From NCBI GenBank assembly GCA_043754535.1, contig JAYUUN010000082.1:62001-97757 (forward strand): a DNA stretch of 35,757 nt, given 5' to 3'. The translations under genes and the position numbers were made by a program. Origin of the DNA: Chloroflexota bacterium. GTDB taxonomy: Bacteria > Chloroflexota > Chloroflexia > QHBQ01. A model generated the notes under the pieces. That model saw nothing but the letters and a program-made list of their open reading frames with translations, ran no database searches and was not told where the DNA came from. This document shows, piece by piece, positions 17,880 to 27,471 of the stretch. Every line of letters begins with the position of its first letter. Within the stretch, counting starts at the first letter, position 1.

Positions 17880-19928
17880 TTAGAGGCGAGCCTTGCTATC
17901 GTTACGACGCAGGCGCAGGGTGCGCGCCCCCAGTAGCCCGGCCAGACCGAGGCCGACTACCAGCAGCACCCAGAGGGGGAACTCGCCGCCAGTGGTTGGC
18001 AGCCCCCCACCGGGTGTGCTGCCCCCGCCGCTACCACCGCCGGTGACTGGTGGCTTGACGGTGGGGCGAGGCTTCGGGGTGGCGGTTGCGCCTGGCTTCG
18101 GGGTAGCGGTGGCCGCTCCTGGCCCACCACCACCGGAGATGACGGTGGCATTGCCGATTGCCAGCACCGCTTCGTTCGAGCGGAAGGGGTTAGCGGCCTG
18201 GCTGTAGCCGATCTCGCCGAAGGTGTTCAGCACGCCGTCGGTGATGCTAACCGCAGCGTAGAAAGTGATCGTGGCACTTTGGCCCGCTGGCAGGCTGGCG
18301 ATCTGCACCTTGATCGTGTTGCCAGAGACGGTCAAGCTGCCGAGCGTGGTCTTGGTGTTGAAGATGTCCAGGCTCTGACCCTGGCTCAACGGCACGTTGA
18401 TGTTGAGGTTGGTGGCGGCACCGTTGCCGACGTTGGTGGCGATCAGGGTGTAGATTACCACTTCGCCAGCGACCGCCCGACTCTTGTTGGCGGTCAGTTG
18501 GAGAGTGACTACGGCATTGCCGCCTGTCACTGGCGTGTTGGTCGCCCCAGGATTGACCGTTAGGACAGTGAAGCGGAAGTGCTGCTTGGCAAAACCGTTT
18601 CCACTGGGGCTGACGATCTGCACGATGGCGTGATAGGCGTTCTGGCTGAGGCCGCTCACGTCGAGCGTGTAGTTGCCGCCAGTAAAGGTTGGCGAACTAA
18701 GGATGAAGTTGTTGAGCGTCTTCCAGACGGCGACACGCATAATGTAGCTTTCGTCTGCCGCCCGTGGGTTGAAGCTGAGGGCCACCTTGCCGTTGACGAT
18801 GGCGGGCAGGCCGTTGCCCAGGGTCAGGTCGGCAACATTGAAAGCGGGGGCAATCACCTCGCGCCCGGCAAAGTAGCCGAGGTCGGGGGTGAACCAGCTA
18901 TCCAGGTCGCCAGCAGTAGCGGTGCCATTATAGTAGACGTAATAGTAGCCGCCTGCGGTTGGGCTGGGCAGGTTGGCGAAGCGGTACTGGCCGCTGCCGT
19001 CGGTGATAGCGGTGGCAAGCAGGGTGTCACCGCCTGCCTTCTGGTGCAGTTCGACGGTCACACCCGCTGCCGCTGCACCATTGCGGAGGACAGTACCAGT
19101 GATCCTACCGTTAACCGGTAGGATGGCTGGGCCAGTAGGGGTAGCAGTGTTCTCTGGCTCCTCACGGTCGCGAGAACGCTGGTTGGGCTGGGCTACGCTC
19201 TGGTTGGTCGGCGCAGGGGGCTGCACGACGAACGGCGTGTCAGTTGGCGCAGGTGGCCGCCCCGTCACTGGCGTGTTGGTGCTGACTGCTGGTGGAGCGG
19301 GGGCAGCAGTATCGGTCGGCTGCGCCAGGGCTGCCGTGTTAGTTGGCTGCGCGGGGGCCGTCGTGTTGGTCGCTGCGGGTGCGCTGGTACTGGTCGCGGG
19401 CGGGCCGCTGGCGTTGACGGTGGCGTTGGTGCTGGCCCCAGCCCCGGCACTCTGGCCGCCGCTAGTATAGGTGATGTTCGCGTTGCCGCCGAGATTACCG
19501 CCGACCCCCGCACTGGTGTGAACCAGCACGCCGAGGGTTGCGCCCGCTCCGGCTGCGACAGTCGCGTTCTGACAACTGAGGCTGCTGGTGTCGGGTGGGT
19601 CGCAGGTGAAGGAGCCACCGCTGGGCCGCTCGATCACCACTCCCCCGACGGGTAGGCTACCAAAGGTGAGGTTGAGGGTATTGACCTCAATCTGCGCACT
19701 GGTGCCATTCGCCACCGTCACCGCGAAGTTGATGTCCTGCCCCGCCGTAACCGTGGTTGGGCTGGCGGAGAGGCTGAGCGTGACCCGCCCAGTCTGGGCC
19801 AGGGGTGCGGCGGCAGCAGGTAGGCTAGCCGTGGTCAGCAGCAGACCGAGCAACACGAAGCAACCGAGCCAGGGCAGGCGTGTGGTTCTCCCACCACGCT
19901 GAGGGGTGAGGCTACGCTGAACATCCAT
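17880..19928 (-). CDS. LPXTG cell-wall-anchored protein with DUF11-like and carboxypeptidase-regulatory-like Ig domains
   Basis: Signal peptide; two GQDINF/GEVVIYTL...N.G DUF11-like domains; GRITGTV...TDGSGQYRFANL; C-terminal LPTTG, TM helix and basic tail. Confidence 0.88.
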   Translation of the reverse strand: MDVQRSLTPQRGGRTTRLPWLGCFVLLGLLLTTASLPAAAAPLAQTGRVTLSLSASPTTVTAGQDINFAVTVANGTSAQIEVNTLNLTFGSLPVGGVVIERPSGGSFTCDPPDTSSLSCQNATVAAGAGATLGVLVHTSAGVGGNLGGNANITYTSGGQSAGAGASTNATVNASGPPATSTSAPAATNTTAPAQPTNTAALAQPTDTAAPAPPAVSTNTPVTGRPPAPTDTPFVVQPPAPTNQSVAQPNQRSRDREEPENTATPTGPAILPVNGRITGTVLRNGAAAAGVTVELHQKAGGDTLLATAITDGSGQYRFANLPSPTAGGYYYVYYNGTATAGDLDSWFTPDLGYFAGREVIAPAFNVADLTLGNGLPAIVNGKVALSFNPRAADESYIMRVAVWKTLNNFILSSPTFTGGNYTLDVSGLSQNAYHAIVQIVSPSGNGFAKQHFRFTVLTVNPGATNTPVTGGNAVVTLQLTANKSRAVAGEVVIYTLIATNVGNGAATNLNINVPLSQGQSLDIFNTKTTLGSLTVSGNTIKVQIASLPAGQSATITFYAAVSITDGVLNTFGEIGYSQAANPFRSNEAVLAIGNATVISGGGGPGAATATPKPGATATPKPRPTVKPPVTGGGSGGGSTPGGGLPTTGGEFPLWVLLVVGLGLAGLLGARTLRLRRNDSKARL

Positions 19929-19967
19929 AATATACTCCTCCTATGCTTGAGCGCGCAATTTGGCGCG

Positions 19968-21347
19968 TTATTGTGATTCGCCCCCGATCACCGGCACCGC
20001 TTCCAGCGCGAGGTCAGCGATCACTAGCAGCCGGTGGTCGGCGATGCCTATCGGCGTGCAGGTGATCAGGGTCAGGCGGTAGTCTGCCGTCTGATCCATA
20101 TACTCTACCGCCGTAGGTAGCACAACCAGCTTCTCCCGTACATAGTAGCGGTAGACGCGGGATTTGGTGTAGACGAAAATCTCGTCTCCCTTTTTCATCT
20201 TGTCGAGGTCACGGAAGACCGAGCCACGAATGTCGCGGTGGCCCGCCATTACGAGGTTGCCGTACTGCCCAGGCAGGGAGCTACCCTCCTGGTAGCCAGC
20301 CGCAAAGTCGGCCACCTGCCAGCTATTCTTTTGCATATGCACCGTTACCACTTTGCTGTCAATGTTCAGGCGGGGGATGACGATGCGGCTGGGGCTAGCC
20401 TCGGTGAAGGTCTGCGAGGCTAGCGCGGTAGTGGTTGGTTGCACGAACTCAGCGGGCAGGGTTGGCAGATTGGCATCGTCCACTGGCAGTAGTACCGGGC
20501 GGTTGGCGGGGTTGGGGGCGTTGCCTGCCAGGGCTGTTGCCAGCACGGTCGGGGTGAGCGGCGGGCTAGCGGTTGGCCTAAGAGCGGCAACGGTGGTGGT
20601 GAGCGGCGTGGTAGCGGTGAGGGGCAGGCCGGCAATAGGGGCTGTGGTGGGCCGGGTGGTGGCGACGAGCAGGGGGCTGCTGGGTTGGAGGGAGGGACTG
20701 ACAGCGGCCTGCTGCTCTGTGGCTACTGCGGCACTGGCGGTGCCACTCTCTGCGTCGCTGAAGCTGCTATATGCCCACCAGCCGAGGACGGAGAGGATTG
20801 CTAGCGCACAAACCACCTCCATGCTGACCAGCAAGCGGTCAACCAGGGTTTGTCGCCGCTTGCGCCGAGCAGGATTGATTACCTTCGGCGGGGTGGGGTC
20901 GGCAAGGGCAGCCCGCTGCTGAAAGCGGCTGCTCACCTCCGTCGGCAGTTCGCGCAGTTCTGGTAGACGGGCGGTTACGCGGGCGGTTGGTGGCGCAGTG
21001 GGCTGGGAGGTGGGGGAGGCAAAGCGTGCGCTGCGGGCCAGGCCACGGTCGTGGACGAGGGGGCGTTCCACCTTCGCCTGCTCCACGCTCTGGTTGGAGA
21101 TGTTGTGTAGCCAGCGGACGTTGGTCATCAACTGGCTGGCTTCCTTCAGGTCGCTAAGTTCGCGGGGCGTGAAGGTGCGTGCTGCCTCGCGGGCAAGCAG
21201 TGCCTTGCGCTGCTCTGGCGGCAACTGGTCGAGCAAGGCTTTGACCTGCTCAAGGGTCGGGCGTGACCCTTCATTCGTTTGCGGGTTGTTCTCCAACGGC
21301 AACTCCCTCGCGGTAATGCGACGGCGGGGGTGGAACATGGCGCACAC
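19968..21347 (-). CDS. Sortase (class D/E-like); true start probably TTG near 21296-21302
   Basis: GNLVMAGHRD, LTLITCTP and DHR give the His/Cys/Arg triad; TM anchor; adjacent to the LPXTG gene; promoter TTGACT-18-TATACT at 21423..21394. Confidence 0.92.
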   Translation of the reverse strand: MCAMFHPRRRITARELPLENNPQTNEGSRPTLEQVKALLDQLPPEQRKALLAREAARTFTPRELSDLKEASQLMTNVRWLHNISNQSVEQAKVERPLVHDRGLARSARFASPTSQPTAPPTARVTARLPELRELPTEVSSRFQQRAALADPTPPKVINPARRKRRQTLVDRLLVSMEVVCALAILSVLGWWAYSSFSDAESGTASAAVATEQQAAVSPSLQPSSPLLVATTRPTTAPIAGLPLTATTPLTTTVAALRPTASPPLTPTVLATALAGNAPNPANRPVLLPVDDANLPTLPAEFVQPTTTALASQTFTEASPSRIVIPRLNIDSKVVTVHMQKNSWQVADFAAGYQEGSSLPGQYGNLVMAGHRDIRGSVFRDLDKMKKGDEIFVYTKSRVYRYYVREKLVVLPTAVEYMDQTADYRLTLITCTPIGIADHRLLVIADLALEAVPVIGGESQ

Positions 21348-21475
21348 GAGCCAACCTCAGGCACCAGCCCTCACGTTATGTCGTGTTGATTACAGTATAT
21401 CACCACATCACGCTGCTAGTCAATAGGCAGTGGCCCGAATTGCGGGCTATCTGCTGCTAATTGGCCCTAAAAGGG

Positions 21476-22258
21476 CTACGAACCGCCGATACCTAGCAGC
21501 TGCATGGCAAGGCGGGTCTCGCTGATGGTTAGCTGGCCGGGGGCCGAGGGGGGGGAGAAGCGGGGATGCGTGGCAAAGGTAAGGTCGCTACCATAGAGAG
21601 GAGCGACAATGCGGGTGTGCTGGCCGTACTCGCCCATGCCGATGCCGATCAACGGGCCGGGCCACTCGTGGCGCAGCCAGTCCAGGGTACGCAGCACCGC
21701 TAGCCCGTCGTCGGGCGACTGTACATTGGTGGCAAACTTGATGGCAGTGGCCGCCGACCGCTCGTGCAGCCCAGTAGCAAGGGCTGCCATACGTGCCTGC
21801 AAGGTTGCTGGCGTGCTAGCAAAGTCATGCCAGGAGATGACCATTGGCACGGCTGGACCTGCTGCCGCCAACACCGTCTCTAGCTGGCTTGAACGCCACT
21901 CGATGTCTATGGTAACCCCTAGCAGCGTAGCCGCAACCAGCAGGGCCGCCCGCTCTGGGGTGTCCTCTGCCGCGCCACCCTCCTGCCGCAGCCGACAGGT
22001 GACGATTAGCGGCAAAGCATAGGGCTGGGCGGCGGTCAGGGTGGCAGTCAGGCTAGCTGCGTTGAGGGGCTGGGAGCTGCTATCTACCCGCCATTCTACT
22101 ACGTCGGGCCGTTCGGCGGCGGGCAGGGCAGCAATCTCTGCCAGCAGCGGTCTAAGCTCGGTTACGCCCAGCAGCGGCAGGCAGACGAGTGGGCGCGGGC
22201 CACCAAATAGCACGCCAGGGGCTAGCTGGATCGCTTGCTCAGGGAGGGGGCGGAGCAT
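21476..22258 (-). CDS. aroD: Type I 3-dehydroquinate dehydratase
   Basis: VEWRVD, TCR..EGG, IDIE, SWHDF, AIKFA Schiff-base Lys, MGEYG..TR, SAPGQ. Confidence 0.9.
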   Translation of the reverse strand: MLRPLPEQAIQLAPGVLFGGPRPLVCLPLLGVTELRPLLAEIAALPAAERPDVVEWRVDSSSQPLNAASLTATLTAAQPYALPLIVTCRLRQEGGAAEDTPERAALLVAATLLGVTIDIEWRSSQLETVLAAAGPAVPMVISWHDFASTPATLQARMAALATGLHERSAATAIKFATNVQSPDDGLAVLRTLDWLRHEWPGPLIGIGMGEYGQHTRIVAPLYGSDLTFATHPRFSPPSAPGQLTISETRLAMQLLGIGGS

Positions 22259-22830
22259 CAGGCGACCTGCGGTTGGCTGACGAGGGCGGGGGTAGTGAAG
22301 GCTTGCGGGGCGTACTGCTGGATCGCCGCCGCCAGCCCGCTCTGCCGCCAGCTTTTGGCGTAGTATTCTGGCACAAACTGTGAGCCGTCGCGGTCGGCAT
22401 CGGCTTCGCTATCGAGGTCACCCCCATTGAAGACGCTGAAGATGACGAAGAAAAGGAGGAAGGGCATCACAAACCAGTACCAGAACTTGATAGTACGTTG
22501 TGGCTCTTTGACCAGCAGGCGGTCAATCGGCCTCTTGCTACCGACCTGCTCCATGCCGTAGACTGCTGCCCAGGGGGTGAACAGTGCGCCACCAATGACA
22601 ACCTTGCGTAGACCAGTGGGGCTGACCTCCAACCGCTGCTGCCAGGCGACCCTGGTGAGCAAGGCAAACGGCACGGCGAGCAGTAGCAGCCCGAACCCAG
22701 CCGAGCTATCTTTGCTGCTGAAGTAGTAGAGGCTGCTGCTGATACAGAGGGCAGCCAGCACCCCGAAGGGGATTGCCGTCAGGCTGCGGCGGCGGTAGGC
22801 GAAGCTCTGGATAGTGGACGGGCTGGACAT
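22258..22830 (-). CDS. Hypothetical membrane protein, translationally coupled to aroD
   Basis: Two N-terminal TM helices, PH-like segment and a third hydrophobic stretch; TGATG overlap with aroD; SD AAGGAG. Confidence 0.7.
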   Translation of the reverse strand: MSSPSTIQSFAYRRRSLTAIPFGVLAALCISSSLYYFSSKDSSAGFGLLLLAVPFALLTRVAWQQRLEVSPTGLRKVVIGGALFTPWAAVYGMEQVGSKRPIDRLLVKEPQRTIKFWYWFVMPFLLFFVIFSVFNGGDLDSEADADRDGSQFVPEYYAKSWRQSGLAAAIQQYAPQAFTTPALVSQPQVA

Positions 22831-23096
22831 CTGCTGGCTCCTTATGCTTTGTGGGCGATATATGGGCGGTTGGTCGATTGCGGCTGGCGTTCTACTCTGC
22901 TGTCATTATACACCACTTCTGCCAGATTGTACCTTACAGTTAGCTTAGCGGGCAAGGGGCGATCTCATCAAACACCAATGGCGGCCCAACACGGCTATGT
23001 GGTATATTTTAGCCACCGCTGCCTACTCTGTTGGGCGTGGCACGGCCTGGGACGGATTGGCGACCTGGTGGTTCTTTAGCGAGAGGAGAGTTGAAA

Positions 23097-24742
23097 TTGG
23101 CACAACAGTTTGGCAGAAGTAAGTACCGTACCCTGCTGGCCCTGCTGCTCCTATGCAGCCTCGCACTAAGCAGCGGCCCCGCACAAGCCAGCGTCAGACA
23201 AACTGGCCTGAGCCAACCAGCGGCCTTCGCAGTCACGCTCAAAATCGAACCGCGCCTGCGTCAGATGCTAGAGAGTGATGAGAGCGGGCCGGTCAGCTAC
23301 CTGGTGCTGCTGACCGAGCAGGCTGACACCCACAATGCGATTAGCCCACTTGACTAGGCAGCGAAGGGCTACTACGTCTACGAGCGGCTGAAGGCTGCCG
23401 CTGCGCATAGCCAACCGGCGGTGATCGCTAGCCTCGATGGCATGAAGCGGGACGGCGCGGTGGCGCACTACAAGCAGTTCTGGATCGTCAACGCCATCGC
23501 GGTTGAGGGGGATGGTAGCAGCGTCTACGACCTGGCCGCCCGCCCCGACGTGCGCTACATCCAGTCGCAGCACAGCTACAGTATCCCAAAGCCTGCCCCC
23601 AGCCAGCGGCCTGCGAGCAGCAATCTGCCCCAAGCGGTCGAGCCGAACATCAGCCTGGTCAATGCCCCAGCAGTCTGGGCGCAGGGCTACCGAGGGCAGG
23701 GTGTCACCGTTGGCATCATTGACAGCGGCGAAGAAGCCACCCACCCGGCGGTCAGCCGCCAGTATCGCGGCAGCAGCATCCTGCCTGGCAACAACTACAA
23801 CTGGTACGATGTAGTGACGCAGCGGGCCGAGCCTAGCTGGACGAACGCGCATGGTACCCACGTGCTTGGTACTATCCTGGGCGACGACGGGGCTGGCAAC
23901 CAGGTGGGCATGGCTCCAGCCGCTAACTGGATTGGCTGCGCGGGCTTGCTCTTTTTCAGCGGTTCGACCAACGAACTGATTGAGTGCGCCGAGTTCATGC
24001 TGGCTCCCACCCGCAGTGACGGCGGCGACCCTCGCCCTGAACTGCGCCCGCAAGTGGTCAACAACTCGTGGGGCGACACCAACGGCGCAGACATCGGCTT
24101 CCAGATTGCTACCCAGCAGTGGGTCAACGCGGTCATCTTCCCAGTCTTTGCGGTGGGCAACTCTGGGCCGGGTGTAGGTACTGTACTCAGCCCAGCCAGC
24201 TACCCAGAGAGCTTCAGCGTGGGAGCAGTCTGCTACAGCCCCAACCCGCTCTGCACGCCCAACAATGTGGTTGACGGACTGGCGAACACCAGCAGCCGCG
24301 GCCCCTCGCCGATAGACGGCAGCATCAAGCCCTAAGTGGTTGCCCCTGGGGTGGCGATCCGCAGCAGCGTTGGCTTCAACACCTACGCCGCCTACGACGG
24401 CACCTCGATGGCCGCGCCACACATTGCGGGCGCAGTAGCTTTGCTACTCAGTAAGAACCGCAGCCTCTCGGTAGAGCAACTGGGCTACGTCTTGACCAAC
24501 ACGGCCTACTTCAACCCTGGTTTGATGGGGGCGCGGCCCAACAACAGCTACGGCTGGGGGCGGCTTGATGCGTTGGCGGCGGCCAATGCGGTGCCAGCCC
24601 TGGATGGTACGCTCACAGGGCAGGTGGCAGGCGGGGCTGGGCTGCGCTCGGTGGTAGCGGCCAGTGCTTCCGACCCAACGATACCATCAAGCGCGGTGAG
24701 TTGTCGAAGGTAGTGCGAAGGGCTATCGAGAGCCAGCCATAG
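23097..24742 (+). pseudogene. Secreted S8 (subtilisin/bacillopeptidase F-like) protease with SLH tail, inactivated
   Basis: One continuous frame: signal peptide, propeptide, IIDSG, HGTH, GNSG, GTSMAAPH, with in-frame TAG at 23355 and TAA at 24333; SLH end CFRPNDTIKRGELSKVVRRA in a different frame at 24641..24742. Confidence 0.9.
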
Positions 24743-24753
24743 CTAAGAGGCCA

Positions 24754-24825
24754 GGGGTTACTTGCTTACTTGTTGCTTGCCCTTTCCCCACGACCTCATA
24801 GAGGTGACAAGTAACAAGTAACCCC
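24754..24825. repeat. Imperfect inverted repeat containing tandem (G/C)TTACTTG units
   Basis: GGGGTTACTTGCTTACTTGT ... ACAAGTAACAAGTAACCCC; weaker outer pairing TAGCTAAG/CTTGGCTA. Confidence 0.8.
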
Positions 24826-24872
24826 CAGGCTTGGCTAGTCGGCCAGGCCTACTGCGCTACTGGCTTAGACAA

Positions 24873-26216
24873 TTAGGGGCGCGGGCTGCTGATTGCCTCA
24901 CGGTAGAGGGCTTCAACCTGGGGCGCAACTACTTCTTTACTAAAGGTGCTGCGGGCCTTGATACGGGCGTTCTCGCCCAGCCGTTGGCCTAGCCCTGCGT
25001 CAGCTTCGAGGCGGGCGATTGCCTGGCTGAAGGCAGGCAAGTCGGCAGCCAGCAGTCCCGTCTCGCCATCGCGGATTACATCACCTGTACCACCAGTGTT
25101 GAGGGCAACAATAGGCAGGCCCAGAGCCGAGGCTTCGAGCAGCACCCGACTGAGCGGCTCCGGCCAGCCAGAGGGAAAGAGCAGGCCGCCAGCCCCCTGC
25201 ACCTGGCGCAACACCTCATCGTTGGGCAACCAGGGGAAGATAGTTAGCTGAATCTTGTACTTGTTGGCTTGCCGCTCAAGCGTGTCGCGCAGCTTGCCCT
25301 CGCCATAGACCACCAGCGGCCACTTTGCACCCGCCTGGGCCATTGCGGGGAGCAGCAACTCGGCTCCTTTGTTGGCCTCCAGCTTGCCGATGAACACCCA
25401 GGTCTTGCGCTCATCCAGCCCGCGCCCCCCTTGTAGGGGAGGGTTGGGCTGGCGGTCAGTAGCCGCAGCTAGCGCAGCAAAGTCGATCATATTGGGGATT
25501 ACACTCACCTTTGCTGCCTCCACGTAGGGCTGCAAGCGGGCGGCAGCGTCGTGGCTAACCGCAATAATGCGGCAGCTGCGGGCGAGAGTGTTGCGCTTCA
25601 AGCGCAGGTTGTAGACCATGTAGGGGATGGCAGGCCAGAGCAACGCCCCCCTCAGCCCAGCCACATGAGGAAGACCGCGTAGGAGGTCGCGGGCGGTGCA
25701 GCCAGCACAGGGGATGTTGCCGTGCCGCAGGGTACCGAAGTAGCACAAGGCCCACCAGTCGCGGATGGTGCTGACCGAGGTAATCCGGGTGCGCTCGGCG
25801 GCCATGATTGCCGGCGGGATGCTCAGGCCGTTCTGCCCATGCACCACCTGAATGCGCTCCTGACGAATCAGGTCGGCTATGTAACGGGCGAAGGCGGGGT
25901 AAAGCCGCTCGTTGTGGTTGATGTTGGTCAGGATTGGCAGCTTCCAGGCCGCCTCCGGCCAGCCGAACTCGTGAACCGGGATGCCCTCGTAGTCGGTGTA
26001 GCGGTTCTCCTTAACCCCGAAGCGAGGGCGAACGACGACGACGTGGTGGCCGCGCTCGCGCAAAGCCGCCGCCAGGTAGTAGCTGCTCCAACCACTGCCA
26101 CCGCACATGGGCGGGAACACATCGCTAGCAATCAGGATACGCAACCTGCGCTCCTCGTTCCGCCCCTTGCTGCTGACCCCCACCTGCACGTCGTATCTGC
26201 CCAGCTTAATCCGCAT
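24873..26216 (-). CDS. Glycosyltransferase family 4
   Basis: VFPP..GG N-terminal motif, FIGKLEANKG, FPSGWPEPLSRVLLEASALGLP, DGETGLL. Confidence 0.92.
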   Translation of the reverse strand: MRIKLGRYDVQVGVSSKGRNEERRLRILIASDVFPPMCGGSGWSSYYLAAALRERGHHVVVVRPRFGVKENRYTDYEGIPVHEFGWPEAAWKLPILTNINHNERLYPAFARYIADLIRQERIQVVHGQNGLSIPPAIMAAERTRITSVSTIRDWWALCYFGTLRHGNIPCAGCTARDLLRGLPHVAGLRGALLWPAIPYMVYNLRLKRNTLARSCRIIAVSHDAAARLQPYVEAAKVSVIPNMIDFAALAAATDRQPNPPLQGGRGLDERKTWVFIGKLEANKGAELLLPAMAQAGAKWPLVVYGEGKLRDTLERQANKYKIQLTIFPWLPNDEVLRQVQGAGGLLFPSGWPEPLSRVLLEASALGLPIVALNTGGTGDVIRDGETGLLAADLPAFSQAIARLEADAGLGQRLGENARIKARSTFSKEVVAPQVEALYREAISSPRP

Positions 26217-26255
26217 AGCCGCTCCTCACCTCACCTGTTGCCTAGCCACTACAAT

Positions 26256-27470
26256 CTACAGTCCACCGCTGCTTTGCTGCCCAATCTCGCCCATAATCCG
26301 CTCAAGCGAACGGCAGTGTTCCTGCCAGGAGTAGTGCGCTACGACGCGCTGGCGGGCGGATGCACCCATGCGTGCGCTGGTGCTGGGGTCGGCCAGCAAG
26401 CTGCTGAGGCGGTCAGCCAGAGCGGGGATGTCGCCAGCGGGATAGAGCAGCCCTTCCTCGCCCTCGCGGATGATACAGTCCAGGGGGGATTGGCGAATGG
26501 TCACCGTGGGCAGGCTCATCGCCATGTACTCGAATATCTTGAGCGGTGACCAGTAGAAGCCGAACAGACGTAGCGGCTCGTGGCGGCTGGGGTCGAAGGG
26601 GGCAACCCCCACGCTAGCCAGAGTCAGGTAGAGCGGCACGTCACTATAGGCAACCGGGCCGGGGGTAATCAGCCGTTGGCCGAGGCTGGCGGCTATCGCC
26701 TGCACTGGCTCAAGCAGCGGCCCCTCACCTAGCAGCAGGAAAGCGGCCTCTGGCACCCGACGGGCAACATCCAGGGCAGCGGTGGCTAGCTGGTCTACAC
26801 CATGCCAGTGCCGAAAGCTGCCACTGAAGACCGCCACTGGCTGCCCCTCGCTCAGGCCCAGTCGCTGGCGTAGGTCAGCCACCTCCGCGCCCCGCTGCTG
26901 CAACACGGCCTCGCGGTCGAACCGCTCCACGTTTGCACCCCAGGGCAGCTCGCAAATCTTGCTGCGGTCTGGCTCAAGGGAGGACGGCACGGTGCTAGCG
27001 AGCGGGGTGACGATGCGGCTGGCGTAGTGGCACTGCCGCCCGGCCCAGCGGCGCAGGGGTTGACCCACCAGCCGATCCAGGCGCGTCTTGCGGCTACCCG
27101 GTGGGTCAACCAGCGGGGCGTTCACCTCTAGGATAGCAGGGATGTGCCGCCGATGAGCAACCAGCATCCCAACCCCAGCAAAGTTGTAGAAACGTTCGAT
27201 GATCACCGCAGGCTGCAGCTCCCGCGCCAATCGCGCTACCGTGGAGTAGTAGAGCAGCCCTGCACTCTTGGGGTAAGGCAGCCAGTGCCACTGCGGTGCA
27301 TCCAATCTCCGCTCAGCTTGTTGGGGAGGGGGGGTGTCTTTCGGCCTTTGGCAGACGACGTGTACCTCGTGGCCGAGGCGGGCCAGGCCAGCCGCTACTT
27401 CTACCACGTGGGTTGCGCCGCCATGTGAGCCAGGGGCTGCAATGCCCGCCGCAACATAGAGGACACGCAA
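26256..27470 (-). CDS. Glycosyltransferase family 4
   Basis: HGGATHV, EVNAP, FSGSFRHWHGV, SPLKIFEYMAMSLP. Confidence 0.92.
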   Translation of the reverse strand: MRVLYVAAGIAAPGSHGGATHVVEVAAGLARLGHEVHVVCQRPKDTPPPQQAERRLDAPQWHWLPYPKSAGLLYYSTVARLARELQPAVIIERFYNFAGVGMLVAHRRHIPAILEVNAPLVDPPGSRKTRLDRLVGQPLRRWAGRQCHYASRIVTPLASTVPSSLEPDRSKICELPWGANVERFDREAVLQQRGAEVADLRQRLGLSEGQPVAVFSGSFRHWHGVDQLATAALDVARRVPEAAFLLLGEGPLLEPVQAIAASLGQRLITPGPVAYSDVPLYLTLASVGVAPFDPSRHEPLRLFGFYWSPLKIFEYMAMSLPTVTIRQSPLDCIIREGEEGLLYPAGDIPALADRLSSLLADPSTSARMGASARQRVVAHYSWQEHCRSLERIMGEIGQQSSGGL

Positions 27471-27471
27471 C

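Noticed and set aside
23355..24335. Stop-codon reassignment or readthrough explaining in-frame TAG/TAA in S8 and DUF488
   Set aside because: TAG, TAA and TGA all end intact conserved genes here (hbd TAG, ggt TAA, dinB TGA); the stops replace different residues, and S8 also carries an apparent deletion
23268..24422. 384-aa antisense ORF and other long shadow ORFs (e.g. 25722..26549, 28839..29651, 5414..5983)
   Set aside because: Antisense shadows of well-supported genes, expected in GC-rich DNA
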